A DNA stretch of 64,000 bases from Tubulanus polymorphus (lineage: Eukaryota; Animalia; Nemertea), in NCBI RefSeq assembly GCF_964204645.1, contig NC_134027.1, positions 14,664,485-14,728,484 of the forward strand. The letters are read 5' to 3'. Below the pieces are notes generated by a model. That model was not told the origin of the DNA. It saw only the letters and a list, made by a program, of their open reading frames with translations, and ran no database searches. Shown in pieces: positions 1 through 14,039 of this stretch. A program made the position numbers and the translations under genes. Within the stretch, counting starts at the first letter, position 1, and each line of letters opens with the position of its first letter.

Positions 1-142
1 GAAGTTAAGAAGTAGGTAAATTTGAGTAAATTCACTTAGGTCTCAAATACTCTATTCTCCATTGGTTTGGAATTATTACTCGATTTAGAGGTTCATACCA
101 GTAGTAGTACACTGTATAATAGTTTTTCAATTAAATTTCAAA

Positions 143-3100
143 ATGGCGGCTCTTTTTGATTTGTTAGAACAAAGACGCAAACAGCGTACAAAATTCACTA
201 AAGCTTCCAAGCAGGTCTGTCGACATGTTGAAAAGGCTGAAGAAGTTTTGAGTGATGAAGTGTCTGACTATGACGGTATGAGGTTTGCATTAAGAACAGC
301 TGCAAATAGTCTGATTGATCTAGAAAGGCTACATGAAGCCCTATCGGAAGTTCAAGAGTCGATAGACTATCATAATGAGAATGACAATCGACTTGAAGGA
401 ATGAGCTCTGATCAGAGAGATCAAGAAGAGGAGAACGAAGCTAAGTACATTGATGAGTATATTACACACAAATCACGAGTTGAGTGTCTGGAGATTAAAT
501 TACAACAACCGCCTAGAGACTTAGTTTCAGATAATGTCAGCAATCCAGGTAGTGCTGCTGGAGGTGGAATTACAGAAGAACAACTCACCAGACTTCTTAC
601 AACAATTGCAATAAAGAAGCGAGAAGTGACTATTCCGCAATTCAAGGGAGATATTTCCATGTTTGAAACTTGGCTCGAGTTAGTTAGTGAAGAAGTGACG
701 AAGCCCGGTTATACTCCAGTCGAGAAAACACACTGTATTCTTTCTCTTCTGGATGGAGAACCCAGAAAGTTGGCGCTTGCTTTGAAGAGTCCTACATTTG
801 ATGACGTGGTAGCAGCACTAGAATCTAAATATGGTGATGTCACAGCCAGGATTCAAAAGGTAATCCAAGACATAGCTTGTGTCCCAGCTGCACACAACCC
901 GTCGGTAAAAGAACTAGATCAGCTCTATACATCGCTGCTGTCATCGTGGAACTATCTTATCCGAAAAACTGAGGATCCAACTAGTCTTCAGAACAGTAGC
1001 TGGATTTTGACATCCTTAGTGAGACCAAAGATTCCTAAGTCTCTTATAAGACGTTGGGATGCTGAAACACTGAAGAGGCAGCATGGTCATAAGATGCCAA
1101 TGAAGTTCGAGGATCTTTTGGAAAAGCTCAAAGAAGCTTAGCAGGTCGCTCGAAGGTCTGATTCTGGAAAACCCGATGCAGTTCCTGTTCAATCGGGTGG
1201 AGCCAAACCAAAGCGCTTTAGGCCTTCTGGGCAGGCCCTGCGACTTGGAGCTAAGGAGATGTCTGTATTCAAGTGTGTGTTCTGTGGTGACGCAAGCCAC
1301 AAGGCACCTAATTGTACAAAGGTACACAAGATGCCAATTCCGGATCGCTTAAAGAAAGTCCAGCTTTCTAGATATTGTTTCAAGTGTTTATTGGGGAAAC
1401 ATTTCTGTAGTAGCTGTCGGAGCCCTGGATGTTCAATGTGTCATGGTTCACACCATGACTTACTACACGCTACCAAAGTGAGAAAACCAATTAAGCCAAC
1501 TTGTGGCGAGAATGGAGCTCCTATCGAACAGCCGAAGACTGAGACAGAAAACGTCCAAGCTGGAAGTAGCTTGGTAAAAGCTTTGAAGCAGCCTAAACAA
1601 GTATTGATGCAAACAGGAATTGTGACTTTGGAGTCACGGTCAGCCATCGCTGAAGGTCGTGTACTGTTTGATACTGGTAGCAGTGTGAATTTCATCAGCA
1701 AATCAATGTCTAGAAAATTGGGACTTCGTGGTGTAAAGGCGAAGGGAGAATTCACACTAGCAGGTGGAGGTGCCATGAACGTTAATACTGAAAAGGTGAG
1801 GAGAGAATCCCACAATGATAATAAAAAGTCCGAAAATGAAACTTCGAGATTGGCGTGGTGAAGAATTTGAAATTGAAGCATACGTTTTGGAGAAACCGAG
1901 TGCCGATTTAAGTCCCGCCTTTATAGAAGTTGACAAGCTGTCACATCTAAATAAACTGAAGTTGGCTGAGAAGTATCCTCGTACTGAAGAGTGTGAAGTC
2001 GATGTTATGCTAGGTGTCGAAGCTTGCATTGATATATTATTAGATGAATATAGACGAGGTGGACAAGGCACTCCTGTAGCTCTGAGTTCTCATATTGGAT
2101 GGGTGTTGTTTGGTTCTTATGTCAGTCAACATAAGGCTTCATCCAAGAATGGTAGTAATTCTGTTATGATGTGTAACTCAGTGAAAGATGATGATGAAGA
2201 TCTCTCCAGAACAGTATTGAAATTCTGGGAATTGGATTCCCTTGGTATTCTGCCTGAAAAGGAAGTGTCGAGAAAGAGTCCTTTAGACGAAGAAGCAGAA
2301 AAACAATATTTCGAAAAGACTAACTTTCATGAAGGTAGATACGAAACTGGTCTCCTGAAGCATCCTGATTTTATCAACGTGAAACTAAAGTCTAACTATA
2401 ATAAGGCATTTCACCGTTTAGAATCTCTCGAAAGAAGGTTCAAGAGAGATGAAACACTTTCTTTTCAATACAAGGCACAGATAAGGGAACTGATTGATTC
2501 AGGCCGAGCTGAAGAGGTTGTTGAAGATTCAGAACCTGATGATCGAATGGTGTGGTATTTGCCCCATCATCCGGTCTTCAAGGACAGCACCACAAAAAGA
2601 TTCGTATCGTTTTTGATGGCGCAGCAAAGGGTCCTGATGGAAGGTCATTAAATGACACCTTGTTGTGCGGCCCTTCCTTACAACCTGATACACTTGCTGT
2701 ATTACTTCGGTTTCGACGGCACAAGGTTTCTTTGGTTGCGGATGTTGAAAAAATGTTTCACATGATATCGATGAATGAAGTGGATAGAGATTCCCAAAGA
2801 TTCTTATGGCGAGAGTCAGACGACCAAAAGGTAAAGATCTACAGAATGAACAGAGTGGTATTCGGATTGAAGTGTTCTCCATATACATGTATTAAAACCA
2901 TACTCGAACACGTGAAATCAAATAAAGATGATTACCCTGCTGCCTGTCAACAGCTCGAAGAAAACCTTTTTGTTGATGATGTTCTTTCTGGAGAAACAAA
3001 CTCGAATGGTGTTTCAAGGTTAGCGAATGACATGAAGTTCGTTTTAGAAAAGGGCGGATTTCCTCTAAGAAAGTTTTTGTCAAGTCACCCGGAAAGTTTG

Positions 3101-5536
3101 AGTGGTCTCGACTGCGAAGACCTGGCCGAGTACCATATGGATCTATCGGATGGAGAAGTCGTTACAAAGACATTGGGAATAATGTATATACCCAAGGAAG
3201 ACGTATTTCGATTTAAGTATCATCCTCGAGAAACTGAAGTAATCACTAGAAGAATTGTTCTTAGTGAATTGCAGCGCTTGTTCGACCCGATGGGCCTGTT
3301 GTCACCGCTCATTTTGAAAGCCAAGTTGGTATTTCAAAGAGCTTGGAGTGACGTCGACTCATGGGATGATGAACTATCAGAAGAGCTTGTCGCAGAATGG
3401 GAGAAATGGAAAAATGGAGTTTCAGCAATTGACCAGCTAAACATCCCGAGGTGCTATTTGACAGATGAAATTCAGGATCCCAAGTACGGCTTACGTGGAT
3501 TTGGAGATGCTAGTGAGGCAGCATACGGTGCTGTAGTGTACTTGCGGATTGAAGATGGTACTGGAGTTCGTTGCGTATTGTTAGCCTCGAAAACTCGTGT
3601 GGCGCCGTTAAAACACAGAGGGACTCTTGCAGAATTAGAATTGATGGCTAGCCTTCTTGTTGCTAGGCTCATAAGATACGCAGAGAAAGTAATCAACTTG
3701 TCAGTTTCCTCAGTACATTGTTGGACTGATTCCCGTATTGCACTAGATTGGTTATCGAAGCCAGCACATGTATGGCAAGTCTTTGTCGCCAACAGAGTTG
3801 ATGAAATTCAAAAGCTCGTTCCGACATGTCATTAGGGACATCTGCCAGGAAAACTTAACCCGGCTGACCTCTGTTCCCGAGGTTGCCATGGAGATCAACT
3901 GGTTGAGTCAAATTTATGGTGGCAGGGGCCTGAATTCCTGAGAAGTGACGAGAGTCAATGGCCTGTAAAAGGTGGCGATAAGACTGTTGAAGCAAAGAAA
4001 TACTTGAAGAAAAAATTTCAAGTAGAAGTCAACCTATTTCAAGGTGAAGAAGACACCACCAGTAGTTTTCATCTGAATCTGTTAAGCCGATACAGCTCAT
4101 GGGGTAAGCTTATAGCTGTGTCAACATTACTCAGAAAATGTTTTAAAGGGGTTTCCCGGAATGAGGGGAGCATGCATCCTCTAGTTCTTGTGGAGCAAAG
4201 AGAAGAAGAGTTGTATTGGGTGCAGTGGGCACAGTATCAATCGTATCGTACTGAAATTAACTGTTTGAAGGCAGGAAGACCATTACCCAAAGACAGTAAG
4301 TTGAAACAACTTGACCCCATTTGGGATGCTAAAAGCATGGTCTTACGTGTCGGCGGTCGCCTGTATCACGCTAAAGTATCGAGATTCAAGAAGAATCCCA
4401 TGATCCTACCACCAAAATGTTTGGTATCTGATCTGTTGGTGAAGTATTATCATCGCATCAACGGACATCCTGGTAACGAGCAAACGCTAGCTAGTTTGCG
4501 AGACAAATACTGGCTTGTACATGGCAGAAATGAAGTAAAGAGAATTCAGTTTCATTGCAAGTGTAAAGAACCAAAGCAGTTAACTCAGAAGATGGGCGAG
4601 CTACCTCCTGAAAGGGTTGTTATGGCACCAGCTTTCAGCAGCGTTGGCGTAGATTTCGCTGGACCTCTACTTATTAAAGAAAATGGGTCTGAAATTAAGT
4701 CATACATTGCACTGTTTACATGTATGATTACCAGAGGAATTCATTTAGAGTTAACTTACAGTATGAATGCTGAAGATTTCCTGATGTCTTTTCGACGAAT
4801 GATGAATAGAAGAGGGAAACCAGCAATTATGTATTCAGATAACGCAAAGACTTTTAAGAAATCAGCCAAGGTGATGATTAGACTGTATGACCAGAAGAAA
4901 TGGAGAGACACTGTAGTCAACAAAGTGAAAGCTGATGGAATTGAATGGAAATTCATTACCGAGAGAGGACCTTGGAAGGGTGGTTTTTACGAAAGACTGG
5001 TGAGAAGTGTGAAGACTGCTCTGAAAGTTGTACTTGGAAAAGCCAAACTAACTTTTACGGAACTTTCGACAATTCTCACTGACGTCGAGTCTCAGATCAA
5101 CTCGAGACCACTTGCAGTAGTCTCTAATGATAAGAATGACCCTGAACCATTGTCTCCTGGCGATTGTATGATTGGAAGAAAACCACAGTTTCTTCCAGAT
5201 GTCGATTCTGATACGTCAAAGGCCAATTTTGGCAAGCGTTGGTGTTACCAACAGCGATTGGCTAAACAGTATTGGAAAAGGTGGACGAGAGAATATCTCG
5301 TGGAATTATTACCTCTTAAGAAGTGGTTTGAGAAGAAAGAAAATGTAAGAATCGGTGACGTAGTTCTCGTATCTGAAGATGGTGTCAAACGACCGAATTG
5401 GCAGATGGGAAGAATTCATGAAACCCACATGGGTCGTGATGGTCTTGTTAGAAGTGTTACCCTGAAGACGGCAAGGGGTTTCATCCGACGTCCCTTACAG
5501 AGACTATATTTACTTGAGGCTAGTGAGGCTGCGTAG
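143..5536 (+). pseudogene. BEL/Pao LTR retrotransposon gag-pol polyprotein (Gag, 3 Zn knuckles, protease, RT, RNase H, integrase), disrupted
   Basis: Knuckles CVFCGDASHKAPNC / CFKCLLGKHFCSSC / CSMCHGSHHDLLH; protease LFDTGS; WYLPHHPV; IRIVFD; RT LFVDD; RNase H GFGDASEAAYGAVVY; integrase GVDFAGP, SDNA, GGFYERLV. In-frame stops at 1139-1141 and 3833-3835; frameshifts near 1800 and 2595. Confidence 0.95.
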
Positions 5537-5711
5537 CTGTATGCTTCTACATACACGTTAAATTGTTTTAGCATTTAACTATTCTACAGTGTACGAAGTA
5601 ATTTTAGTAATTGATCGTATTTCTTAGGTAGTATCATAACATTCAGTACAATTATGTATATCTTTTAGAAGTTTATGTGTGAAAATTAAACCCTTAATTT
5701 CCAGAGGGGAG

Positions 5712-5889
5712 TGTTCCGAACGAAGATATTGTTTTGTTTCCATAGAGTGGTGCCCTCTGTGTTTAGAAAATAAGTTTGGTTTTGGCGGACATTACGCCGT
5801 AATAAAGTTATGATCCACAAAATAACGATTTCATTGTTATTACAGCTACAAAGGCTTGTTTTATTCGGCGATGAATTTAATTGAGAACA
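5712..5889 (+). mobile_element. BEL/Pao 3' LTR (178 bp) preceded by polypurine tract
   Basis: PPT agaggggag (5703-5711) immediately before TGTTC...; ends ...GAACA; AATAAA at 5801. Confidence 0.8.
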
Positions 5890-5894
5890 TTCAT

Positions 5895-8859
5895 GCATCG
5901 ATTAATTAATCTTATTACAACTTATTTGTAGGCGCTTCCCGCAAACATTTTCTATTCGTTGAGTTTTCAAACGCAGTACTGTTCAGATGATTCGAGTCAA
6001 GTAGTAAAAAAGTTTATGTATTAGCATTACTATGCAGTTAAAATAACGCACTGCGGCAAGTGAGGTGCTGTGATCCAGATGTGTAACCCATTTATGGGTA
6101 ATAAATTTCCATCATGTCAACGCCATTCAAAAACAGTAGCAAAACTTTCTGCTGGTTTCTAGAAATAGCAATACGACGACAAGCACTTTCGAATTCGACC
6201 ACGATATTTTAGAAGTTTCACGTTGGCAGTGGTGGTCAGTGATGGTCAATTTATGAATTTTAATGGCGAATCCTTTCTAGTTTCACACCAAATGCGGTAC
6301 CGGTATATCGTTCTTTCAAGAAGTTGCAATTGGTCAGTGGTGGTCAGTGATGGTCAATTTATGAATTTTCAATGGCGAATCCTTTCTAGTTTCACATCAA
6401 ATGCGGTACCGGTATATCGTTCTTTCAAGAAGTTTCAATTGGTCAGTGGTGGTCAGTGATGGTCAATTTATGAATTTTCAATGGCGAATCCTTTCTAGTT
6501 TCACATCAAATGCGGTACCGGTATATCGTTCTTTCAAGAAGTTTCAATTGGTCAGTGGTGGTCAGTGATGGTCAATTGATTAATTTTCAATGGCGAATCC
6601 TTTCTAGTTTCACATCAAATGCGGTACCGGTATATCGTTCTTTCAAGAAGTTTCAATTGGTCAGTGATGGTCAATTGATTAATTTTCAATGGCGAATCCT
6701 TTCTAGTTTGACACCATAACGCGGTATATCGTTTTCATATTCGAGAAGTTTGAATTGGTCATTGGTGGTCAGTGATGGTCAGTGATGAATTTGCAATGAT
6801 GATTCCTTAGTAGTTTGAAAACAAACATTACATGATAAATTTCCGAAATTCGAAGTCAAGTGTTCAGACTCGGGGATATCTCAATTGGTCAGTTACTGAC
6901 CATCATGGTGTCACCATTGTGGTCTATAGCTCAAATGAAACATGTGGAACCGACGAAGGGGCCCAAAAGCGTTAAGTCATTTCCTGGAGTGACGTGATCC
7001 AAAAATGCCCTAACTGGAAAAGGCAGTCTCTCAATTAGATGAAACCAAATCGGACAGGACAATTAAAATTTGGGAAGGTCACAGGTAGTGGTCTTTCTAC
7101 GAAGCCCACGCGGTGAGCGTATTATTATGAAATCTTTTTTTAAACCACCATGTACCACGAAGTAATAAGCATCGTTGTAAGCACTTGAAACAGCCATTAA
7201 CCACTTGAAACTGTCAGATCAAACATCATACCGCATCCCCGCAAAGAGGGGTGGTTCAGCAAACCGGAGTTTTCATTGGCCTCTCTAGACTACCCCGCCA
7301 GTACGGGTAGCCGAGCAAACCGGAAAACTCATAATGCCTCCAGCGATGCACTCTATGATATTAGAACTTGTCTCTGCTGACTGGGAATAAGATATGTTAG
7401 TGACGTCATCAAGAAGGATGGCTCCGAGAATCGCCAAATCACAGGTTACTGTTTCACTGAGAACCTTAGTGTCGTGGTATATCGCTAACGCGACCCCTGA
7501 ATCAGGGGTTTTAGCGATGCAGCGGAACTAATAAGGAACATTTTGATAACATGACTATAGTACACTATCCCTGATGGAATAATTAGCTCCCATTATGAGT
7601 TTTCCGGTTTGCTCGGCTACCCGTACTGGCGGGGTAGTCTAGATAGGCAAATGAAAGCTCCGGTTTGCTGAACTACCCCTCTTTGCGGGGATGCGGTATG
7701 ATGTTTGATCTGACAGTTTCAAGTGGTTAATGGGTGTTTCAAGTGCTTACAACGATGCTTATTACTTAATGTGGTACATGGTGGTTTAAAAAAAGATTTC
7801 ATAATGATACGTTCAAAGTATAGGCCTACCGCGTGGGCTTCGTAGAAAGACCACTGTCTGTGGCCTTCCCAAATTTTAATTGTTCTGTCCGATTTGGTTT
7901 CGTCCAATTGAAAGACTGCCTTTTCCAGTTAGGGCATTTTTGGATCACATCACTCAGGAAATGACTTACGCTTTTGGGCCCTTTCGTCGGTCCCACGTGT
8001 TTCATTTGAGCTATAGACCACAATGGTGACACCATGATGGTCAGAAACTGACCAATTGAGATATTCCCGAGTCTGAACATCTGACTGCGAATTTCGGAAA
8101 TTTATCAAGTCATGTTTGTTTTCAAACTACCGAGGTATCATCATTGCAAATTCATAAATTGACCATCACTGACCACCACTGACCAATTCAAACTTCTCGA
8201 ATATGAGTTCGATATACCGCGTTATGGTGTCAAACTAGAAAGGATTCGCCATAGATATTGAGAATTCATAAATTGACCATCACTGACCACCACTGACCAA
8301 TTCAAACTTCTCGAATATGAGAACGATATACCGCGTTATGGTGTCAAACTAGAAAGGATTCGCCATTGAAATTTCATGAATTGACCATCACTGACCACCA
8401 CTGACCAATTGAAACTTCTCGAATGTAAGAAAGATATACCGGTACCGCATTTGGTGTGAAACTAGAAAGCATTCCCCATTAGAATTCATAAATTGACCAT
8501 CACTGACCACCACTGCCCAAGTGAAACTTCTCGAATATCGTCGAATTCGAAAGTGGTTGTCGTCGTATTGTTATTTCTAGAGACCAGCAGTATGTTTTGC
8601 TACTGTTTCTGAATGGCGTTGACATGATGGAAATATATTACTCCTAAATAGGTTTCACATCTGGATCACAGCACCTCACTTGCCGCAGTGCGTAATTTTG
8701 ACTGCATAGTAATGCTAATACATAAACTTTTTTACTACTTGACTCAAAGCTTGACGCGAATCATCTGAACAGTACTGCGTTTGAAAACGAATAGAAAATG
8801 TTTGCGAGAACCACCTGCAAATTAGTTATGATAAGATTAAATCTATGGTCAATCGATGC
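5895..8859. mobile_element. Foldback-type non-autonomous element with long imperfect inverted arms (~5895-7336 and 7591-8859) and a 254-bp spacer
   Basis: The arms are diverged reverse complements (e.g. gcaaaccggaaaactcataatg vs cattatgagttttccggtttgc). Both contain the same tandem repeat and no coding motif. The left end abuts the BEL LTR. Confidence 0.85.
6222..6790 (+). repeat. Tandem repeat, ~109-bp unit, ~5 copies (inverted array at ~8150-8520; mirrored in right arm)
   Basis: Unit tggtcagtggtggtcagtgatggtcaattt...gaagtttcaat starts at 6331, 6440 and 6549. Confidence 0.95.
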
Positions 8860-10296
8860 TTAAAAAAACAATTAAATCACAGGCAAGATGACTAACAACC
8901 GTCTTTCAACCAATCAGCGCGATGCCAATTAATTAAATCATTAAACGCATTAGGCTCCTAATATTTGTAATAATTTGTCGTTCTTTAAACTTGGCCACTT
9001 TTGTTTCAGAAAACCGCGTACTAGACCAGTGGTCACCAAGGCATTAAAAAAGTTTTGAAAATTCGATGGTAACGATTTGTCCGTCAAAAAACTGTTTCGT
9101 TAATATTTCAAGTTTTTTTAGACTCTTGTACAGAATTCACTATATGAAAAGTGTTCATAGGAATTGAAATTCGGTGTGATATCAGTCACCTGTTACCCCT
9201 TTTTCATTGTCAGTTCTTTATTGCATTATCATGCGCTCTTCTAAAATAGAAAAGAACATGTGTGTTTCGTTACAAACAAGGTTAAATTCCAAACGCACAT
9301 GAAATATCACACAATATACACATCTAGCATTTTCTCTAACTAGGCCCTTTCCAAATGGCAATTGTTTAGTTTTTTAACGGCCGACATTCAGAAGCACCTA
9401 AAAACCAGTGGTAGCGCTTGAGATTTTCAGTGTAGGTCACATCTCACATCGACTCGGCTCGCAGTCGGTTCGTTGAATGGGAACACATCTGGTTGACACT
9501 AGTTTCACAGTTGACGAAATCAGAAAACTTTTTTCAAATGCCTTTGATAACATCTTAAACATAGTATTCTTCTTAATTACATTTCGTTGATTCCATAGAT
9601 ATGTTTTTATGAAAATTGCTCCAGTTATAACGGATTCAAACATGCATGTGAAATCATTATTATCAAAATATTCAATTTTCTCCGCTTTTGAAGAAATTCT
9701 GACACAATATCATCTCCACTCGACACATGATTTTACTTTGGCGCCTTTAAGGGAGTGTCCCTTAAAGTTGAGTTCTTACTTAGTCAAACAAGGAGATATG
9801 CCTGATTCCTTTTTAAAATTTAGATTTCGACAGATATCATCAAATTACTAGAAAGGGACAGCAGCGTTCGGTCATCCACGAAAAATACCTAAAATGCAGT
9901 CCTAGGGTTATGGAAAAACAGGACACGAAACATACAGAAAAATCCTTTGTTTGGTTGACTGAAATTATTATTGAACTCTTAAATAGCGACATTCAGAGAA
10001 ACAAAAACATAAGAATATAATCTCGCCCACCCGTTAAAAAACATAACGTAATGATATGAGGCCATGTGTCATCTTTAATTGAAATCACATTATATTCATT
10101 CCCATGCGAGGATGGGTCTCCAAATTCATAGGATAAGGAGAATAATGGTTTGAATGATGAATACAACTGATAAAGCGCCAATTTCACTGATTCTTGCATA
10201 TAAATGCTCAAAGGCGCTTTACAGTAATCGAGTAAACAGGTGCGTTTTTAGGAGTCTTTTGAATTTGAATTCAAATCGGGTGTTCATGACGTCTAT

Positions 10297-10703
10297 AGGC
10301 GCTTTTACGAAACTGAATCTTTGTAAATCGATTTAAGTTTCACGTTTACGGCACGCGGTTTAGTGAATCCGATTTGGTAAATCAACTCGTTTATGGACGC
10401 GGTTTAGTAAATGGATTTATTAAATCGACTAACTTGCTCGGCGAGCAAGTTAGTGGCGATTTAGTCAGTGAAATCCAACATGGCGTCCTCTTCGACCGCG
10501 GGCTAAAGACATCTATTGCAGACCATCATCTATCAATAATTCGGTCACCATTGACGCCCATTTTCTTTCGAATCGCGACCTTTAGATTGATAAATTGATT
10601 CGACTCATTTACGAAAAACGATTCGATTTACTAATCCTTACGTTTTCCAACATCGAATCGGATTTAGCTAAACCGAATCAGATTCAATTTCGTAAAAGCG
10701 CCT
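10297..10703. mobile_element. MITE, probably PIF/Harbinger-like (mirror at 22525-22931)
   Basis: TIR aggcgcttttacgaaa(c/t)tgaatct at both ends; 3-bp TAT direct repeat flanks; internally palindromic. Confidence 0.75.
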
Positions 10704-10850
10704 TATAATTGAGCATTCTAGGGCTGGAGCAAGAAACGTGTGGGATCGTCCGCCAAGGTATCGCTAAGGAGTCAGTCCGTGGTGGCTTTTGAAAGCGACG
10801 ACCGCATATGAATGCATTGATTGAATGACATCTCAAAAGTCAGATTATAT

Positions 10851-11888
10851 CCCAGCTAGCACACAACGTTCATACAACATTCGGAAACGATCGTGAAAGT
10901 TGTGTGATAGTTTATAATGTAACGTTCAGGCGATAACGTTTTCTGAAGGTTTTTCTAAACGTTATCATCCAAGAGCCTGCAGCAAATTATTAGTCAGATA
11001 TCATCAATATAGTCCGTTTTAAGCAAATCCCGACGTGGATTCCTACATTTTAATACCATTTGAAAGCAAGATTCAAACTTTCGGTAGTAAAGAAAAATAT
11101 GGGATTCGAAACCGATGGATATCGTGACATATCAAAGCAGGAAGTGTTCGCCATTGTTCATCAATCAGCTTTAAGCGGCGTGTTTAAGGGATTTAAAAAT
11201 CGTTTATTTACTAAGGTACGTTATTCAATCCACAAATTTTGATACTTTCAATATATGGAAAAATACCGATAGAATGTTTTTGAAACAATCTTTTATGTAG
11301 AAACCCACGTTAGAGACCTTTTCGTCGGGTTTTATATCAATGAAATGACCTAACTGTTGTTCTCCAATAACAAGCATAACAATCCCTGTATGTATGGATG
11401 AAATGAACTTCAAGGCTTAACACAACCATGAAAATAAAAGTTTCTGTATCATTTCCTTTTTATTTTAGGAATCACAAAGGCTGCCAGCTACGCTGTAACG
11501 ACGACTACTGGTGCACTGGAGAACTAACTTACGAGTGAATAATTTCGATATTATACATGTATATATACGTAGTTACAAAATAAAAGTTAGGTAAAATAAT
11601 TCAAATATTAGTTAGTTGAAAGGGATTTATTCGAGCTCGTGAAAGAGGACATCATGGTTATAATGTAACGTCATACGAACGTTATTGGAACGTTTTTATC
11701 AAGCTCAATGGTTGCAGAGAGGTTGTGAAGTAACGTTCAGTCAACGTTATCAAAAACGTTCTGTGAACCTTAAAATACATTTCCAAAAAAACGTTCTACA
11801 AACGTTGCACGAACGTTCAACATTAACGTTAAAACGTTAGTGAAAAACTTTTAGAAAACGTTCTTTGAACGTTTTTTTGTTAGCTGGG
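10851..11888. mobile_element. Non-autonomous DNA transposon, CACTA/EnSpm-like (mirror at 21340-22377)
   Basis: Termini CCCAGCTA...TAGCTGGG, 2-bp AT target duplication, dense subterminal AACGTT motifs; a further copy lies in the palindrome spacer. Confidence 0.8.
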
Positions 11889-13642
11889 ATAAAATTAAAC
11901 ATGATATACGGATAGGTTCTTCCAATTAGGCCTATACTGGTAAAAATGAAATGACCCAATATGTGATATAAATGTTCAATCAAAAAGTAGAAAGTGAATC
12001 CGTAATTCAGTATGGTAGGCCTATTGTTACAACATCAAACACTCAAATTCAATCCTTTGTTAAATTGGAAGCCAGTGTAGATGAGCAAGTATCGTGGTCA
12101 CTGATTTTAGTTATCGTAATAATTCAAGCCACGCGATTTTGAACTGTTCAACAAGTTGGAGTTTGTGTAAAGATGAATGAGTTTGAAATGGAGTGGACTT
12201 CAGATATTACTGTTTGCATGCCTATGTCTATTACTTAATCTTTTTACTAATCATAGAAAATTGTGGTAAAATATTTGACTCGACGGTTGGTTTTAGATTG
12301 TATCTCTCCAAGCCAGAGGTAATCACGGATATCGGACTACAAAAAAAATCCTTGTGTGAAGCTCAACTTTGTAAATTCCTGGAAAAGCTCGCCTCGGATA
12401 TTTCAATAATGATTAAACATTAATTTTCCCAACGAAAAACCTAAACAACCAATGTACGCTTGCTTTAAGTTTACCAATGCACTATCGTTGCTTTTTCTAG
12501 CTATTTGTACTGTTTGTCGCAAAAAGATTGCATCCTCTATTACAGGATTTAAGGATACAACTCTAAAACCAGTTAGTTTAAATTAACCATTATACAATAT
12601 GATACATGACCAAATACACTGTTAATATGAAAAAGATTCAATATGTACACATTTCAAATCTCAAACCAAGTTTTATCATTAGAAAATAACGACACAACGT
12701 TCGATCGTTCACTAGAGATCATCTTTTTGAATTTGTACACAGTGAATTTTCGTATCGTATTATGGTATTATCAATTCTCCGCATTTGAGTGTGACTATTC
12801 TACGAATACAAAGTTATTTTTAGCAATGAAGTTTTAATTGTCATTTTAAATGTTAACTATCCACTGGTATGTAAACTTACTAACTTTTGGCAACTGACCT
12901 CAAATCGTGGAATGGGCTCAGGTAGCCTGCTGATCCACTCTTTATTAATACTACTAAAGAAATATTCAGTATAAGAAGTAAAAAGTATATTAAAGTACCA
13001 TTTATCTTTATATCGCAATAATTTGTGTACGTATGATTGAAAAACGATATTCTATGGAGTCTCGTGTTACGTACTTATGATTATTGTGTATAAGATCAAT
13101 AATTAGCAACCTTCCACGAATACGAAGCGGCCTAAGTTTACATCCTACCATAATTTTCTCTAAACTCTCAGCATTATATCAAGATCGGTCTTAGAAAATA
13201 TATGAAGGACGTGTTCACAGGTTAACGAGGCCAAAAATCTTCCTCAAAATTTCAAATTTTTACGAGCAAAGATAATATACTTCATGCTTTTGGTGCAGAA
13301 ATAATGGATGTCCACAAATTGCAGATTGTGTTTTCAAAGTAAACGATCCGAGTGTGGAATTGTTTCGAATTCAGGGTTCTCCCATTTACTCTCCGGTATT
13401 TTACAATGTTTCAATAAGATACGTAAGTCGCACTTTTGTTGTGATACAGCTTTCTCTATTGGTCAGCGTTGTGATCACTTAAAATTACCCATAAGTTTGA
13501 ATTCTCACTGAACTACTACATCCCTTATAACGAATATATATTTCATATGAGGCGATTAACTTTGATGATCTGCGGTCAGTGGACAGCAGTTACGAAACAT
13601 TCAAAACTACTACATTATCTTCCATCTATTCATTATTCATAT

Positions 13643-13671
13643 ATATGATATGATATGATATGATATGATAT
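13643..13671. repeat. (ATATG)n microsatellite (mirror ~19557-19585)
   Basis: atatgatatgatatgatatgatatgata. Confidence 0.85.
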
Positions 13672-14039
13672 CTCCTTTAGTGTTCAGTTTAAACGTCTTG
13701 AACGCAAAAGTTTGACAAGTTTCGCATAATGGTACCGATACGCACGTTCACACTAGTGAAATGTGCACGTTACAAGCTAAAATGCGCACGTTACAATTAC
13801 AAATCGAAACGTTGTTCGTTCAAAACCCGATGTGGAAATCTTTTGCATTTGGTGGGAAATTTCAAAGTTAGCTCGCTTCCTACAATAAAAATTGGACAAG
13901 ACTTTTAAAACGACACATTTAATAAGAGTAGTACTGACGAAGGATTCAGGCAATACCCCGTATTATTTCTAAAAACATTTAACCGGTAATTAGACAGTAC
14001 TGGTGTAGCTTGTACAGGTAAAAGAGTTGTTATATTTAC

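Noticed and set aside
1139-1141. In-frame TAG after gag as programmed readthrough
   Set aside because: It falls before the Gag zinc knuckles, BEL elements usually have one ORF, and the copy carries other disabling lesions, so a nonsense mutation is more likely.
6222-6790. Regularly spaced repeats resembling a CRISPR array
   Set aside because: The whole 109-bp unit repeats, there are no unique spacers or cas genes, and the context is eukaryotic.
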